From Podarcis gaigeae (lineage: Eukaryota), in NCBI GenBank assembly GCA_964106915.2, contig OZ066923.1: DNA of 64,000 bases; one strand, written 5' to 3'. The position numbers and the translations under genes are program-made. Each line of letters starts with the position of its first letter. Position 1 is the stretch's first letter. Below the pieces are notes generated by a model. The model ran no database searches and was not told the DNA's origin. It saw only the letters and a list, made by a program, of their open reading frames with translations. Below are positions 53,332 to 64,000 of the stretch, piece by piece.

Positions 53332-53421
53332 GCTTTGCAGGCAGCCAGACAGCTGCTTTTACAGCAACAGACAACTGGGCTGAAATCTCCCAAGAGCAGT
53401 GATAAACAGAGACCATTGCAG
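53332..53421 (+). CDS. FOXP2: Forkhead box protein P2, internal coding exon (orthologue of human exon 3, about residues 57-86)
   Basis: Encodes [30 protein letters not shown], 29/30 identical to human FOXP2 [30 protein letters not shown] and unlike the FOXP1/FOXP4 equivalents. 90 nt, phase 0/0. Acceptor tttacttgcAG ends at 53331; donor CAG|GTTAGT starts at 53422. Confidence 0.97.
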
Positions 53422-54880
53422 GTTAGTAAATCATCTTTCCATCTGAGACCTAATCGCTGTAGCACTCAAGCACACCTAAATATAGGTATACAACTGTACC
53501 TTGTTGCATTCTTGCATATTTACATTTTTGCAAATGGCTTTAGCTTTACTATTAGAACTGTAATTTATTAAGAAACGTTACTACGCAAGAAGAACCCCTT
53601 TTATAGAAGCTTGTAGTGGCTTAAAAGGTCACACAGAGTGAAGCAGAACAATCTCGGGTCCAATAGGCGCTATACAAATAATCTTCCTACAGATAGCTGG
53701 GGAATTTTGTGCACATTCTTCACTCTGAACACTTGGTTGTAAAGTGGCAATTTTTCAGGAATGGAAAGCTTTCAGAACAATTATCTGAATATGCAAAGAG
53801 CAACCCCTCCTGCTATTAGAAAGATGTATTTTATCGAACTGGTTGTGTGTTAAGGGCTCCCCCTCCGCCCTCTCTTCATATTGTGTAAGGATCCAAAAAG
53901 AATGTTTTTATCATGTGCTTCAGCTATTGTTCATAATATTTAATAGAAAAATACGTACAGATTATAAATATAAATCTTGTTAATCCGATGAGGATAGTGG
54001 TGGTTTTTTGTTTCGCTTTTATGGTTGTTTATAAATGACTTAGCAAAAGGAGTGGAACCAGGCCCTGCTGTCAAAAGCTAGTTCTGACTTGTTTTATGTG
54101 AACCAAATATTTGTTATTTCAATGCTGAAAAATGGAAGGTTCTTAAGGTGTGTATGTATTCCTAGGAGTAGTAATAATGTTGTTCTTCCTCTCACAATAC
54201 AACCCATGCTTTTCTTTACTTCCCTCATAAGTATAGAGAAAGTTTTCAAGCTGATGCCATTGTATCTAAACAGGCATTTGAGTGAATTCAGTGTTTCACT
54301 TTCTTTTAAACCAAAGGCTGATTGAAATGTTACAGGCACTGCATGCAGGCTGCCAAAAATGACTTCTAGGTGACCATGCTTCATGTGATATTTGAAATGT
54401 TTGAAAGCCACTAACCATGTGGTTAGCCGTAATCACAGGGAGTCTCTTTATGCTGGTGCCATGCAGTTCATGCGGCTGGTGGTAGTGGGGTGGGGAGCTT
54501 GCGCTGCCAGCAAAATCGTTTTGAGATGCTTAAGGTTGCCACATGGAAGGCTGCTGTGCAGAGGTGATTTTTGACAACTTCCATGTGGGACCAAAATGAG
54601 AAGTAGAAAATAGGATATTTACTAGGGATGGCAAATATTTTCTGTGGAAACTAGTAATTGGTGATTGGGGCGGGGGGATTTAAACCCTATCCAAAAGAAA
54701 AAAAGCTTTTAGAGTTGTACAAATACTGACTTTCCCAACCCTGAGAACATTATTTTCCTTTGGTTCTGTGCCATTTAACCCCTAGGTTGCTGCATTTGTC
54801 TCCGTACTGGCTAGTCATGTATATGATCCCCACCCAATCATGTAGTGAATGGGGATTGTGTCAAAATAGCTACATTTGGT

Positions 54881-54881
<1 letters not shown>

Positions 54882-54924
<43 letters not shown>

Positions 54925-54980
54925 TATTACTTGTACCCTGCCCAACTGACTGGGTTGCCCCAGTCACACTGGGCAGTTGA
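54882..54980 (-). mobile_element. L2 extreme 3' end with expanded (ATT)n tail
   Basis: (TAT)n followed by taccctgcccaactgactgggttgccccagtcacactgggc, the reverse of the tail at 7450-7500. Confidence 0.8.
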
Positions 54981-57900
54981 TGGTGCCACTGAGGGCAAGT
55001 GAAGACAACATAAATAAATAAGTGGACATTTCCCCAGGGGATGCTGAAATTTTGCTTGGAAAGAGGAGACATATTTGTTACTATTTGAAACTGTGAGCAC
55101 TTTTCTCTCAGGGTTGCTGTAATACAGCTCTGTGCTAGACATGCATGGGGACAGGGATTCAGGGCCCTGGATGTGCTACATGAAGTAACACCTTACTCCA
55201 GTGGATCCATACACATACGGAAGATCCATTGCTGATTATCTTGGGTCATTCACAGATCACTGTGTTGCTCTATGGACCTCTGAACTCTATCTGCCGAAGA
55301 TGATAGCCTTGCTGTTGTTTCAGGATGAAAGATGTGAGTAAAGAGCCTCTGATTTTCCCAGTGTTGCCTCTGCAATACTACGTAAAATGTAGCATCCAAA
55401 GTAGCCCTTACTTCAGCCTTTCAGATATTACTCCTTGAACAAATAGAATGTTAAAATGAATTCAGAAGTTGTTATCCAAGGATAACAGATGATGTAAAAA
55501 GAGAACACAAAGTCTTCATTCAAACTTCATGATAAACCATGGTTTGTTTGAGTGGAAATGAGCCACAGTGAGCCCTGCTGTTGTCTGCTTCCCTGCCTTC
55601 CTTCTCTGGTGCAGCAGCACGGAGGGATTTGAAGAAGTTTCTTTCATTTTTTATTAATCACAGCTTGTAGATGCATTCAGGCCTCACAGACGGTCATTGC
55701 TGGATGGGCTTGTTTGAAAGAAGCCAACTTCAGATTTTTTCTGCAAACCGTAGTTAAGGTTTGCTATAGTTTAGGATCCAAATGTAACACTAAACTGCAG
55801 TTAAGCAAAATTAGAAGTAAAAGCTTGCTTTCTCCTTACAGCTACTCCAGAGGAGAGGGGAGGTAGGCCTTATCTCTATCATGAGGAATAAAGGAGAGCG
55901 TTTACTGACTTCTAATTCTGAGTAAATGCAGTTATACTTTAAAGCTCTGATTTGTCTCTTAAGCTTGGTCTTTCTAGTTAAGTAAGTTAAGAAATTAACT
56001 TAACATATTTATATGCATCTAACATAATTTGAATTGTGACACACATGGGGGGGCATAGAGAATTTTATAACGAAACCTTGAAATTTATGTCAAGGATTGG
56101 TGCTGAATATAGCCCACTGAGTCTGTTTCTAGACAACACCACTCTACCATAGCCACAGCCTTCACAAGTCCTGCTCACTTCTATTCTTGAATGTGTTTGC
56201 GTGGCTGGAAAGTACTTGTGAACCGTGATAATGCCTCTTGCTTACCTTCATGGAGATTGGAGAGATGTATGAGTGTGACCATGTAGAATCTTCTGACTTT
56301 TGTGTGACTAGAATGCAATCTGCTGTACAAAGGTAGGAGTCACATTTATTGTTCCCCGCCTCACTATTCTTTATAGTCCCATCCACGCTTACCTCTGACC
56401 CTGCCCACGCCCAGCATATGGTTCCCAGATGTTTTCTCATGAGAGTACATGGCCCTCAAGCTAAAAAACGGTTTGCCTCTCCTGGTTTATATATTTCTGA
56501 TATTAACTGCCAATACAAAGCTCTGTGTTGTTCATTGGGTAGTGGAAATTTATATTGAATTTGTGACCCCATGGGGTCCCAAATAGTGACACTTCCTTTA
56601 TTTTTGTTAAGCCATATTTAATGTTGACTTGTTCCAGTATTTCACTGATGCAATTGTATTTTAAAAAAGAACATTTAAAGCCTGATGTGCTAGGATTGGT
56701 GCAGTCTTAAGCTGCAATCCTATACTCATTAAACTATAAATGTCATTGAACACAGTAGCTGCATTTGCACAATCTAATCCAGACCACTCAGCCCCTTTGC
56801 TCTGGCTTTGCCAGAAGCTGTTAACCATGATAGAGCCTGCTGTGGAGGGTTCCTGATTGTATTGATATTCCTGTTTCACATGTAACAAGAAACTGTGGTT
56901 TGCTGTGGCTTCCTGGTTTGTTCCCTGCTCACACAAAGGGGTGAATGAAGTAGGAGTGAAGGGGATGTGTGCCAACACACTAAATTTGTGAATAATTTGG
57001 CTCATTAAGCGAGGATTTAATAGTGCAAACTGGGTTTGTGGGACTTAGGGTTATCAAAAGACAGGTACAGAAGGTACTGATCTACCGGACCCACAGCTTG
57101 CAAGGCCTCCCAGACTGATCTTTCATTTTTTAAAAAATCAATTCTCTAGCCATTCTAAAAAGTTATGAAGCAAAATGTCCAGATACTCTTCTAAGTGATT
57201 TCTGTGTGATGGCCAAGACTGTCTATTGTCACCATTCAGTGTTTTTAGCCAATGAATGAAATCAGAGCTGTGTTTTGGGGGAAACAGGCAATAGGAATCC
57301 CTGTTTTTCCTATAAACCAGGATGCCTCATTCCTGTGGTGCTTTCATCTGAGATCAGGTACTCCCTATAAATTATTTTTTGCTAATTCTACCACATGCAA
57401 GTGGATGTTAAAGAATCTCCCACTCTGCTCCCCAGTGACAAATGCAAAACTCACTCTTAGGTCAGTGGGTACAGAAGTGCAGCCTTGGTTTTTGTTTAGG
57501 GTTGGCACTGAGGGAAGCAGGATTCTTGTGCTTTTAAGAAGTGTGTGACAGGCAGAAATCCAACAGGTAAAGGTTTTTCTACTATGGAAATACAATTATA
57601 GGAAAAGCTTTACCCGTTCACATTTTGTTACACATTGTATGATGCTTGCAACCACTGATTTATGTTGAGGGCCTCAACTCCACCTGTAAAAAAGGACATA
57701 CATTTACCTACAACACAAAGCATATGCACATTTTATATAAATCTATGTCCTCTTCTACAGCCGGACTGGAGAGCCCAATTGACATACAGAGTGACCTGGG
57801 CCCAGAAAATCCTGTAAGCACCCCTTCTTACAATCTTAATTTTTTACTAGGGTGTAATCCCCGTTGAACCTAGTGGAACTTACTTCTGAGTAAATATGCA

Positions 57901-59334
57901 TATAGATTCCAATGTTAAGAGTTTTAATCCAGAAGTAATCCTCAATGAACTCAGCAGAAGATTCTCAGAAGTAAGCAGGTTTAGGATCAGATTGAAGTAA
58001 ACGAAGAGGACCATCAGCATCTTAAAGGGTTTCATATTAATGTGTTTCTAATTTCCTCTGTTTTGGCACAACTGACTGATCTGGCAAATGGAGACAGGTT
58101 GGAACTGCATTATAAGTCTAATAAAAAAACCTAATAAAACTTTATACCTGGCTCACACATCAGCAAGCAAACGGGGAGCATTAGGTAATGTTTGCCATCA
58201 CATCTCCTGTGTATACCATGTTTTTATTTAAAGGCAAAGCTGATTTATATAATGTGGTATTTATTTAAATGAAAGTTCTATACAATGCTTGTCTTTTTAT
58301 TATTTTCTAGCAGATAATGGGCTTGGTTATGTTGGCAAATCCATCAGTTGAAAATTACTGCAAACGATGTAAACCTACACAATGGCAGTTGTAGAAGGGT
58401 CCTTTTCCTGTGTTTTTTGTGGGGGGTGGGGGTTAAATCATGTCCATCAAACAACTCTATCAAATATTTCTAGAAAAGTGCAGGCTTCCTTCCAAAGCAG
58501 TATGTTGATACTTCTCTTGAAAATTCATTTCACTGTGGTCACTTGTACTGCACGTTCATTAAAAGCGGTTAAACTATTGAGCCTTTAATTTTAAAAAATC
58601 ATCTTTTACTGGACCACAGATAAATGCTTTGGAAGAATGAATCATAGTTCCCATTAGGACATTGCTATGTTGATGGCAAACTAACAGTGATAGATGGACT
58701 GGCTGCTGAGTGTTAAGGCTTTATTGAATAAAAATGTGTTAGCTAAAGCAAGGCTTGTGCCTTGAACACCCTAAATTTGACCATGAACTTAAGTTCTATA
58801 TGTGTACCAACCATAGATTCACTGTCACCAAAGGTTTATCTCTCAGCCTCTTTTCCCATTAAACGGAAAAAGTGCATTTTAAACTCTCCTGAATTTTGGT
58901 GCCGCAACCTCAAAAGGAAATTCAAGGTTAAAAACCACATGCACAGTGGAAATAGTTTTCCTTAAGCATCTTTGATACCAAAGCTAGCAAAAAAGAAAAA
59001 TACTTGTAATATACAATATAAAGTATATAACTCTCTGAGTTTTTAAGGAGCTTAATGCACATTACCTCAGTAATCCTAATAACTCCTTTTAATGTAGGTC
59101 AGTATTATTTAAATTTGTCAGACTTAGAAACACAACTTCAGCTGACCTTTGGGATAGCTATGGAAAGGGGGAAATATAATAATAATAAGTGAATGTTCAT
59201 ATGGCACGTTCACACAATAGAGAGCTGAATTTCTGCTCACGTACTTTTGGTTCTAGACTTTGAGATGTGTTTATGGAGCTTGCCCTCAAAATCTGGCTGT
59301 TGGGCTAAGGTAGCCTCTTAGACAATGAGAGGAA

Positions 59335-59452
59335 GGACCATGGTTCAGTGACACACCAGATGCCATGCAGCATGTCCTGGGCATCTCCACAGGTGTGCGC
59401 GAAAGACTGTCTTAACACTCGGAAGCATCACTGCCAGACTATTTAGTCAGCA
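59335..59452 (+). mobile_element. Squam3-like SINE, degraded
   Basis: ggaccatggttcagtg...catgcagcatgtcctgggcatctcca...gaaagactgtc...cactgccag. Confidence 0.6.
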
Positions 59453-59589
59453 GTGGGAAATCTCCAGCCTAATTATATTTGCCAAACTTTCCCATTTGCC
59501 CTGTGAAGCCATTTCAAGCAAACCACGCCCACCTGGCCAACCTTTGCCAAAATATGTAGAGCAGATGGTGTATTTCTTTTTTTTATTAT

Positions 59590-60050
59590 TATTTTGTTGG
59601 CACCTTTTGTTATTTGATGATAACTTTTTGTGATGCAGGGGCTAGAACGGTATGCAATATTCCATGTGTGGCCACACCACAGATTTATATAACATAATGT
59701 CAGTTTGGGTTGTTTTAATTTCGACAACTGCCCTCATTCAGCATGCCTTTTACACCCCTGCTGCTCACTGAGTTTATGATTTTGTTGAACCCCAAGACTT
59801 CTTCCTAGGTTAGTACATCCAGTTTATATACTTGTCCATGTATTTGTATACTCAGGACTTTTTGCCCCAAAGCGTATCCCTTTCTCTTTACTTACATTGA
59901 ACCTAATTGGCCGTTTCGTTACCTACTTACTCTGAGGAAATCATTTTTGGAGCTTTTTGCAGTCCATTTTGGGTTTTTCTATTTCGAATGATTTGGTGTG
60001 TCATCCACCACAAACATGCCACCTCATTAATCACCCAAGACTCCAGTATG
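59590..60050 (-). mobile_element. CR1 ORF2 relic
   Basis: The reverse strand reads LYKSVVWPHMEYCIPF (CR1 LYxxLVRPHLEYCVQFW motif). Confidence 0.8.
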
Positions 60051-60169
60051 CTCACCACTTAACAATTTCCAGATCCATCCAAATTCCTGTTGCCATACTT
60101 TATGACAACTAGTGAGTTACAGAAATATTCCTTTTTTATTTGATTGGTTAATTAAATGATTGGTAACGT

Positions 60170-60500
60170 ATGGGGTTCTGTAAGGTTCCATTTTGTCCCC
60201 ACACTGTTTAATAAATACATGAAACTGCTGGGTGAACTCACCCAGAGAGTTGGAGTTCAGAGCCATCACTGTGCTAATGACACCAAACTATGTTTTGAAT
60301 TGTCCTCTTATCTTAGGGAAGAAGTAGAAAGGCTGAACTGCTATTTGGTGGGTATGAAGGATTGGTTGGGTCGGGCAAGCTAAAATTTAATTCAGACAAA
60401 TCAGAAGTAATGTTGATGGGTGGACTGTGTGACTCAGGCTTGGGTTTACAACCTGTTCTGGATGGGGTTGAAAAGATCAGGTTTGTAGCTTGGCTTTACT
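60170..60500 (+). mobile_element. L2 reverse-transcriptase relic
   Basis: PTLFNKYMKLLGELTQRVGVQSHHCANDTKL matches the RT motif PxLFNIYMKPLG...YADDTQL. KLKFNSDKSEVMLMG follows after a frameshift. Confidence 0.88.
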
Positions 60501-60859
60501 CCTTGAGTCCATTTAACTGTAGGTGCTGGAGAGGCCAGACAAACATTTCTAGGGAGGGAATTCAGGAAAATCTGAATTCTAAATCTCACGGGAAGCCCAC
60601 AATTACTATTTTTTTAATCAGAAAACAGCCCCCACTGTTGTTATCTCCCCCATCCACCCCGAAACCTATGGAGACAATGGGAATGGTGAGCTAACCTGGT
60701 GCACTTATCTCTGATAATATCCCTCATCATGTGAGGAATGTAACACATAAGAATAAGACTATTGTGGCAGAGGACTATTTAAGACTGCCCTAGAGGTAAA
60801 TTTAGAAAATTGTAACTAGTGCGAACAGTTTCAGTTGGGATGCTGACTTGTGTTAGCCG

Positions 60860-61300
60860 CTTCAAATTTTATCACACCAGTGTGTGATCGGCACTGGCTG
60901 CCAGTTTGCTTCCGAGCTCAATTGAAGGTATCGATTGGTGTTGACCTTTAAAGACCTTAACAGCTTGGGACCTGCGACCATCAACTTCCATATGAGCCTT
61001 CCTGCACACTTGGATCATATTCTGATATTCCTGCTCTAGGTCTCTTGACACTGTGAAGCGGAGAATAAAGTAGGGCCTTTTCTGCAGTGGCACTCACACT
61101 GTGGAATGTCTTTTCAAGCAAGCTGCATCAGACCTCTCACTACGTTATTTTAAATGGCTGGTGGAGACATGCATCTTTTAAAAGGCCTTCTTTCTGGTAC
61201 AGTATTTTGTTTAACTCTGATGGCTTTTTTGTAATGTTTACTGTAGCCTTGTTTATCAAGCTATGGTTTTGATGTATAATTTGGTTGAATTGTTTCCATG
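60860..61300 (+). mobile_element. L2 3' end, probably the same element as 60170-60500
   Basis: atcacaccagtg...gcactggctgccagtttgcttccgagctcaatt (ITP...HWLPV..RAQ) and agggccttttctgcagtggcactcacactgtggaat. Confidence 0.8.
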
Positions 61301-61304
61301 ACTG

Positions 61305-61305
61305 G

Positions 61306-61343
<38 letters not shown>
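61305..61343. repeat. (GTT)13 microsatellite
   Basis: Read directly from the sequence. Confidence 0.97.
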
Positions 61344-62566
61344 ACCACTTTGGCTTTTCATAAAAAAAACAACAGGCAAGATATAAGTTTGTAAAATAAA
61401 TATTAGGACCAGCATATTTCCCCCCTCTATTGTTGGTACTTAAACATTCTGTATTAGAAGTCATGTGTCAGGAAATCATGACTCCTGAAAGCAAAGGGTT
61501 AAGCTCTGTGTGTACCAAGCGTGTTGTATAAATATCAAGCTGAATGGAATAGCGGGTGGCTAAGGTAAGCTTTGTTTGTTTAGCATGAACACTTAATTGA
61601 AGTAATCATTTTATATAAGTTGGTGTGAGGAAAGTTAAATGTACCTATAGGTTTAATTACTTGGTGTTTATTTTATTAGCCTGTAGGGACAAGAAAATAA
61701 GTGGAAAATATATATATTCACACCCATTCTCTTGCAAAGATTCACAGCTAAGTTAGTAAATAAAATTTAAGGACAAAAAGAGATTACAATCCCAGTTCTT
61801 GATTCTTTATTTTACTCCAAAATTTTAGAAAGACAAATCCACCAAATAAATATAATCTAAGGAAAAAATGTTCGTTATTTTGAGGAGCATTTAAGCAAGT
61901 CTGTGTTGGCAGGTAAATTCATGAAAAGTTTACCATAGCGCACACTGGCCTCATTTCGGCGTAACACTGAACCATGGAGTAGCAGTATGGCACAAAGCTG
62001 GATGGCTCTTGGGATCATTTGCTCCCTGTTTTAAACCAACTGAGGGCTTTCGTTACGTCTCTGAACTGCAACAGACAGTGATTAGTTTTTAGACGTGGCT
62101 TGTCTGAAAGAGATGGCTTCAAACGGCAGTTCACAATCCTGGCTTGTTCAGATAAACCAGAGAAAAAAATAAGTGTGATTAGTTGAAAATGGAAGCAAAT
62201 CCTTCCATTCTCTTCCTTGCAGCCACACCTAGAAGAGGAGATGGGAGGGCAAATGCTAGAGCCCATGGCTCACTCAGGCTAGTTTCCATAGTGCTAAACT
62301 TCCATTCACACACAGACCTAGCAGTTAGGCTCATGACCTTTTTCTAAACCAAACATCACGGGGGTGGTTTTTTAGTGGGGAAAGTAGAAGGAAAGAAAAA
62401 GATGGGAGAGAAAGAGTGTGGCAGAAATGAGTGGGCCACCTCTATCTCCGACACCACCTGCTTTTGGCTTACTGGTGTTGTAGACACAACCAGCTGCAAT
62501 TTCCATAGTGGCTGCAGCACACTGTGGAACAGCTGCACTGTGGAGGTGGTATCCATTCATGTAAAC

Positions 62567-62702
62567 CAGGCATAGGCAAACTTGGCCCTCCAGGTGTTTT
62601 GGGGACTACAATTCCCATCATCTCTGACCACTGGTCCTGTTAGCTAGGGATGATGGGAGTTGTAGTCCCAAAACATCTGGAGGCCGAGTTTGCCTAGGCC
62701 TG
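62567..62702. mobile_element. hAT URR1-like MITE, young
   Basis: TIR caggcataggcaaact / agtttgcctaggcctg, perfect 8-bp TSD atgtaaac, internal inverted repeat. Confidence 0.93.
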
Positions 62703-63049
62703 ATGTAAACAATGCCTTTATACAAGAGCTCAGCCATGTGTGCAGGAGCAGCCCAATATATTTCCTTGGTCATTGTAGACAAGCTACCATGACCCTTGAA
62801 CAGACCCATGGTTTGCTTAAACTAAATATGGAATGATTCCCCCCCCCCCCCCATGCTGTACATGGCAAGGTGTTATATTTTTGAAGGGTAAGCCTGTTTG
62901 GACAGATTCAATTGTCTGTGTTCTAGTAACTTCTAGGTTAGTTTACTGAAATGTGTTGTAATAATGGCTGACTGTTTGGAAACTACAGTTAGTGCAGAAT
63001 TCTGAAGCCATATTACTGAGATCAAAAGGTCTGAACATACTGCAATAAA

Positions 63050-63590
63050 TCTGGCCTGACTGCACTGGCTACCAAAAAGTTTCCAGGCTCTGTTCAGAGG
63101 GCTGGTTTTGGCCTATAAGGCCTTATGTCTCTCAAGACCCCAAACATCAAGGATCACCTATTTTCACTTGAATCAGCTTGGACCCTGCAGTCTTATATTT
63201 CTTCATTGTACCTCATCCAAGGGAAGTACGGAGGGTGGCTACATAAGAGCAGGCTAATAATTGGAGGCTCTTTGTCTGTTCTGTGCTTTCTGCAGGTAAA
63301 CACAAGTGGTTCCATTGTTGTCAAATTTTTGGCATTAGGCTAAAAGATTTTGATTTACGTAGGCTTTTGGTGATTCCGGGAGCCTCTACTGTAGTACTAG
63401 TCTTTTAATGGGGTGGGGTAGGACTTCTACTTATTGTGTGGCCTGATTATCATTTTTAGGATGTTTTTCTGTACGTCATTTTAAATTTGACTTTGAATTG
63501 TTTTTATATGTTGGCATTTTTTTGTTGTTGGGTCACTTTGAGACTATTTTTTGTAATGGCAGCTAACTAGTCAAGTAATAATAAATAAAG
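63050..63590 (+). mobile_element. L2 3' end, degraded
   Basis: ctgcactggctacca...ggttttggcctataaggcctta (LHWLP...VLAYKAL) and an aataaataaa tail. Confidence 0.75.
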
Positions 63591-64000
63591 CCATCCAAAT
63601 TAACAGCCATTCCTATACCTTTAGGTAGCAAATTCTATAGTTTTGTTTTGTGTGAAGTGGTTCCTTTTGTCTTTCATTCTTCCTGCACAGTTTCAATGGA
63701 AATCTATACTGAATTATAGTTCTGCTCAAACCTTTCAATTGGTATAATATTGTTCTTAATGCTCTGCAAATTTGTAGTACCGACTGCCTTGATTCTCTTA
63801 TACTTGTATTGCCTCTATTTATACAATATTTCCAATGGACTATTTTAGAATTGCAATATATTTTTTCACCTTCGAGATTGCTTTGTTGCAATTTCTTAAT
63901 AAGAGAATTAAAATGTTAAAAACCAACTTTTTGGACGTTTATCAGTATTATAGGAGGTCTTTTCTGCAAGTTAGAATTGAAGGAATAGAGGTTGAAAATT

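Larger units (their letters stand above)
53422..64000 (+). other. FOXP2: FOXP2 intron 3 (5' portion)
   Basis: Starts at the GT donor. The next constitutive exon (VPVSVAMMTPQ...) is not seen in the window. Confidence 0.85.

Noticed and set aside
53326-53571. 81-aa ORF as a stand-alone protein
   Set aside because: Only 53332-53421 is coding. The TTG start lies in the acceptor and the C-terminus is intron read-through.
1-64000. CRISPR array or prokaryote-type operon/defence system
   Set aside because: Vertebrate intronic DNA with no regularly spaced direct repeats and no long ORFs.

Overview
AT-rich, repeat-laden vertebrate DNA, most likely from a lacertid lizard (Podarcis-type Sauria/Squam1 SINEs plus other squamate SINE, L2, CR1 and hAT families). 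The only supportable coding feature is a 90-nt phase-0 exon at 53332-53421 (+) encoding [30 protein letters not shown], the orthologue of human FOXP2 exon 3. The rest is therefore the 3' part of FOXP2 intron 2 and the start of intron 3. The other ORFs are chance ORFs, N-artefacts or LINE relics. Highlights: (1) a young Penelope-like insertion at about 25.2-25.4 kb is an 89-bp near-perfect inverted repeat with an intact minimal hammerhead-ribozyme motif in each arm; (2) five irregular N-runs lie in repeat-free sequence that looks conserved, and may be masked conserved elements rather than ordinary gaps; two of them border splice-acceptor-like motifs; (3) exon 3 has Thr where human has Ser71 and an in-frame tandem acceptor; (4) a CpG-rich LTR/promoter-like insert lies between two N-runs; (5) several TE-free blocks are enhancer candidates. 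Repeat family names come from recognition by eye, and conservation calls are inferences needing alignment.
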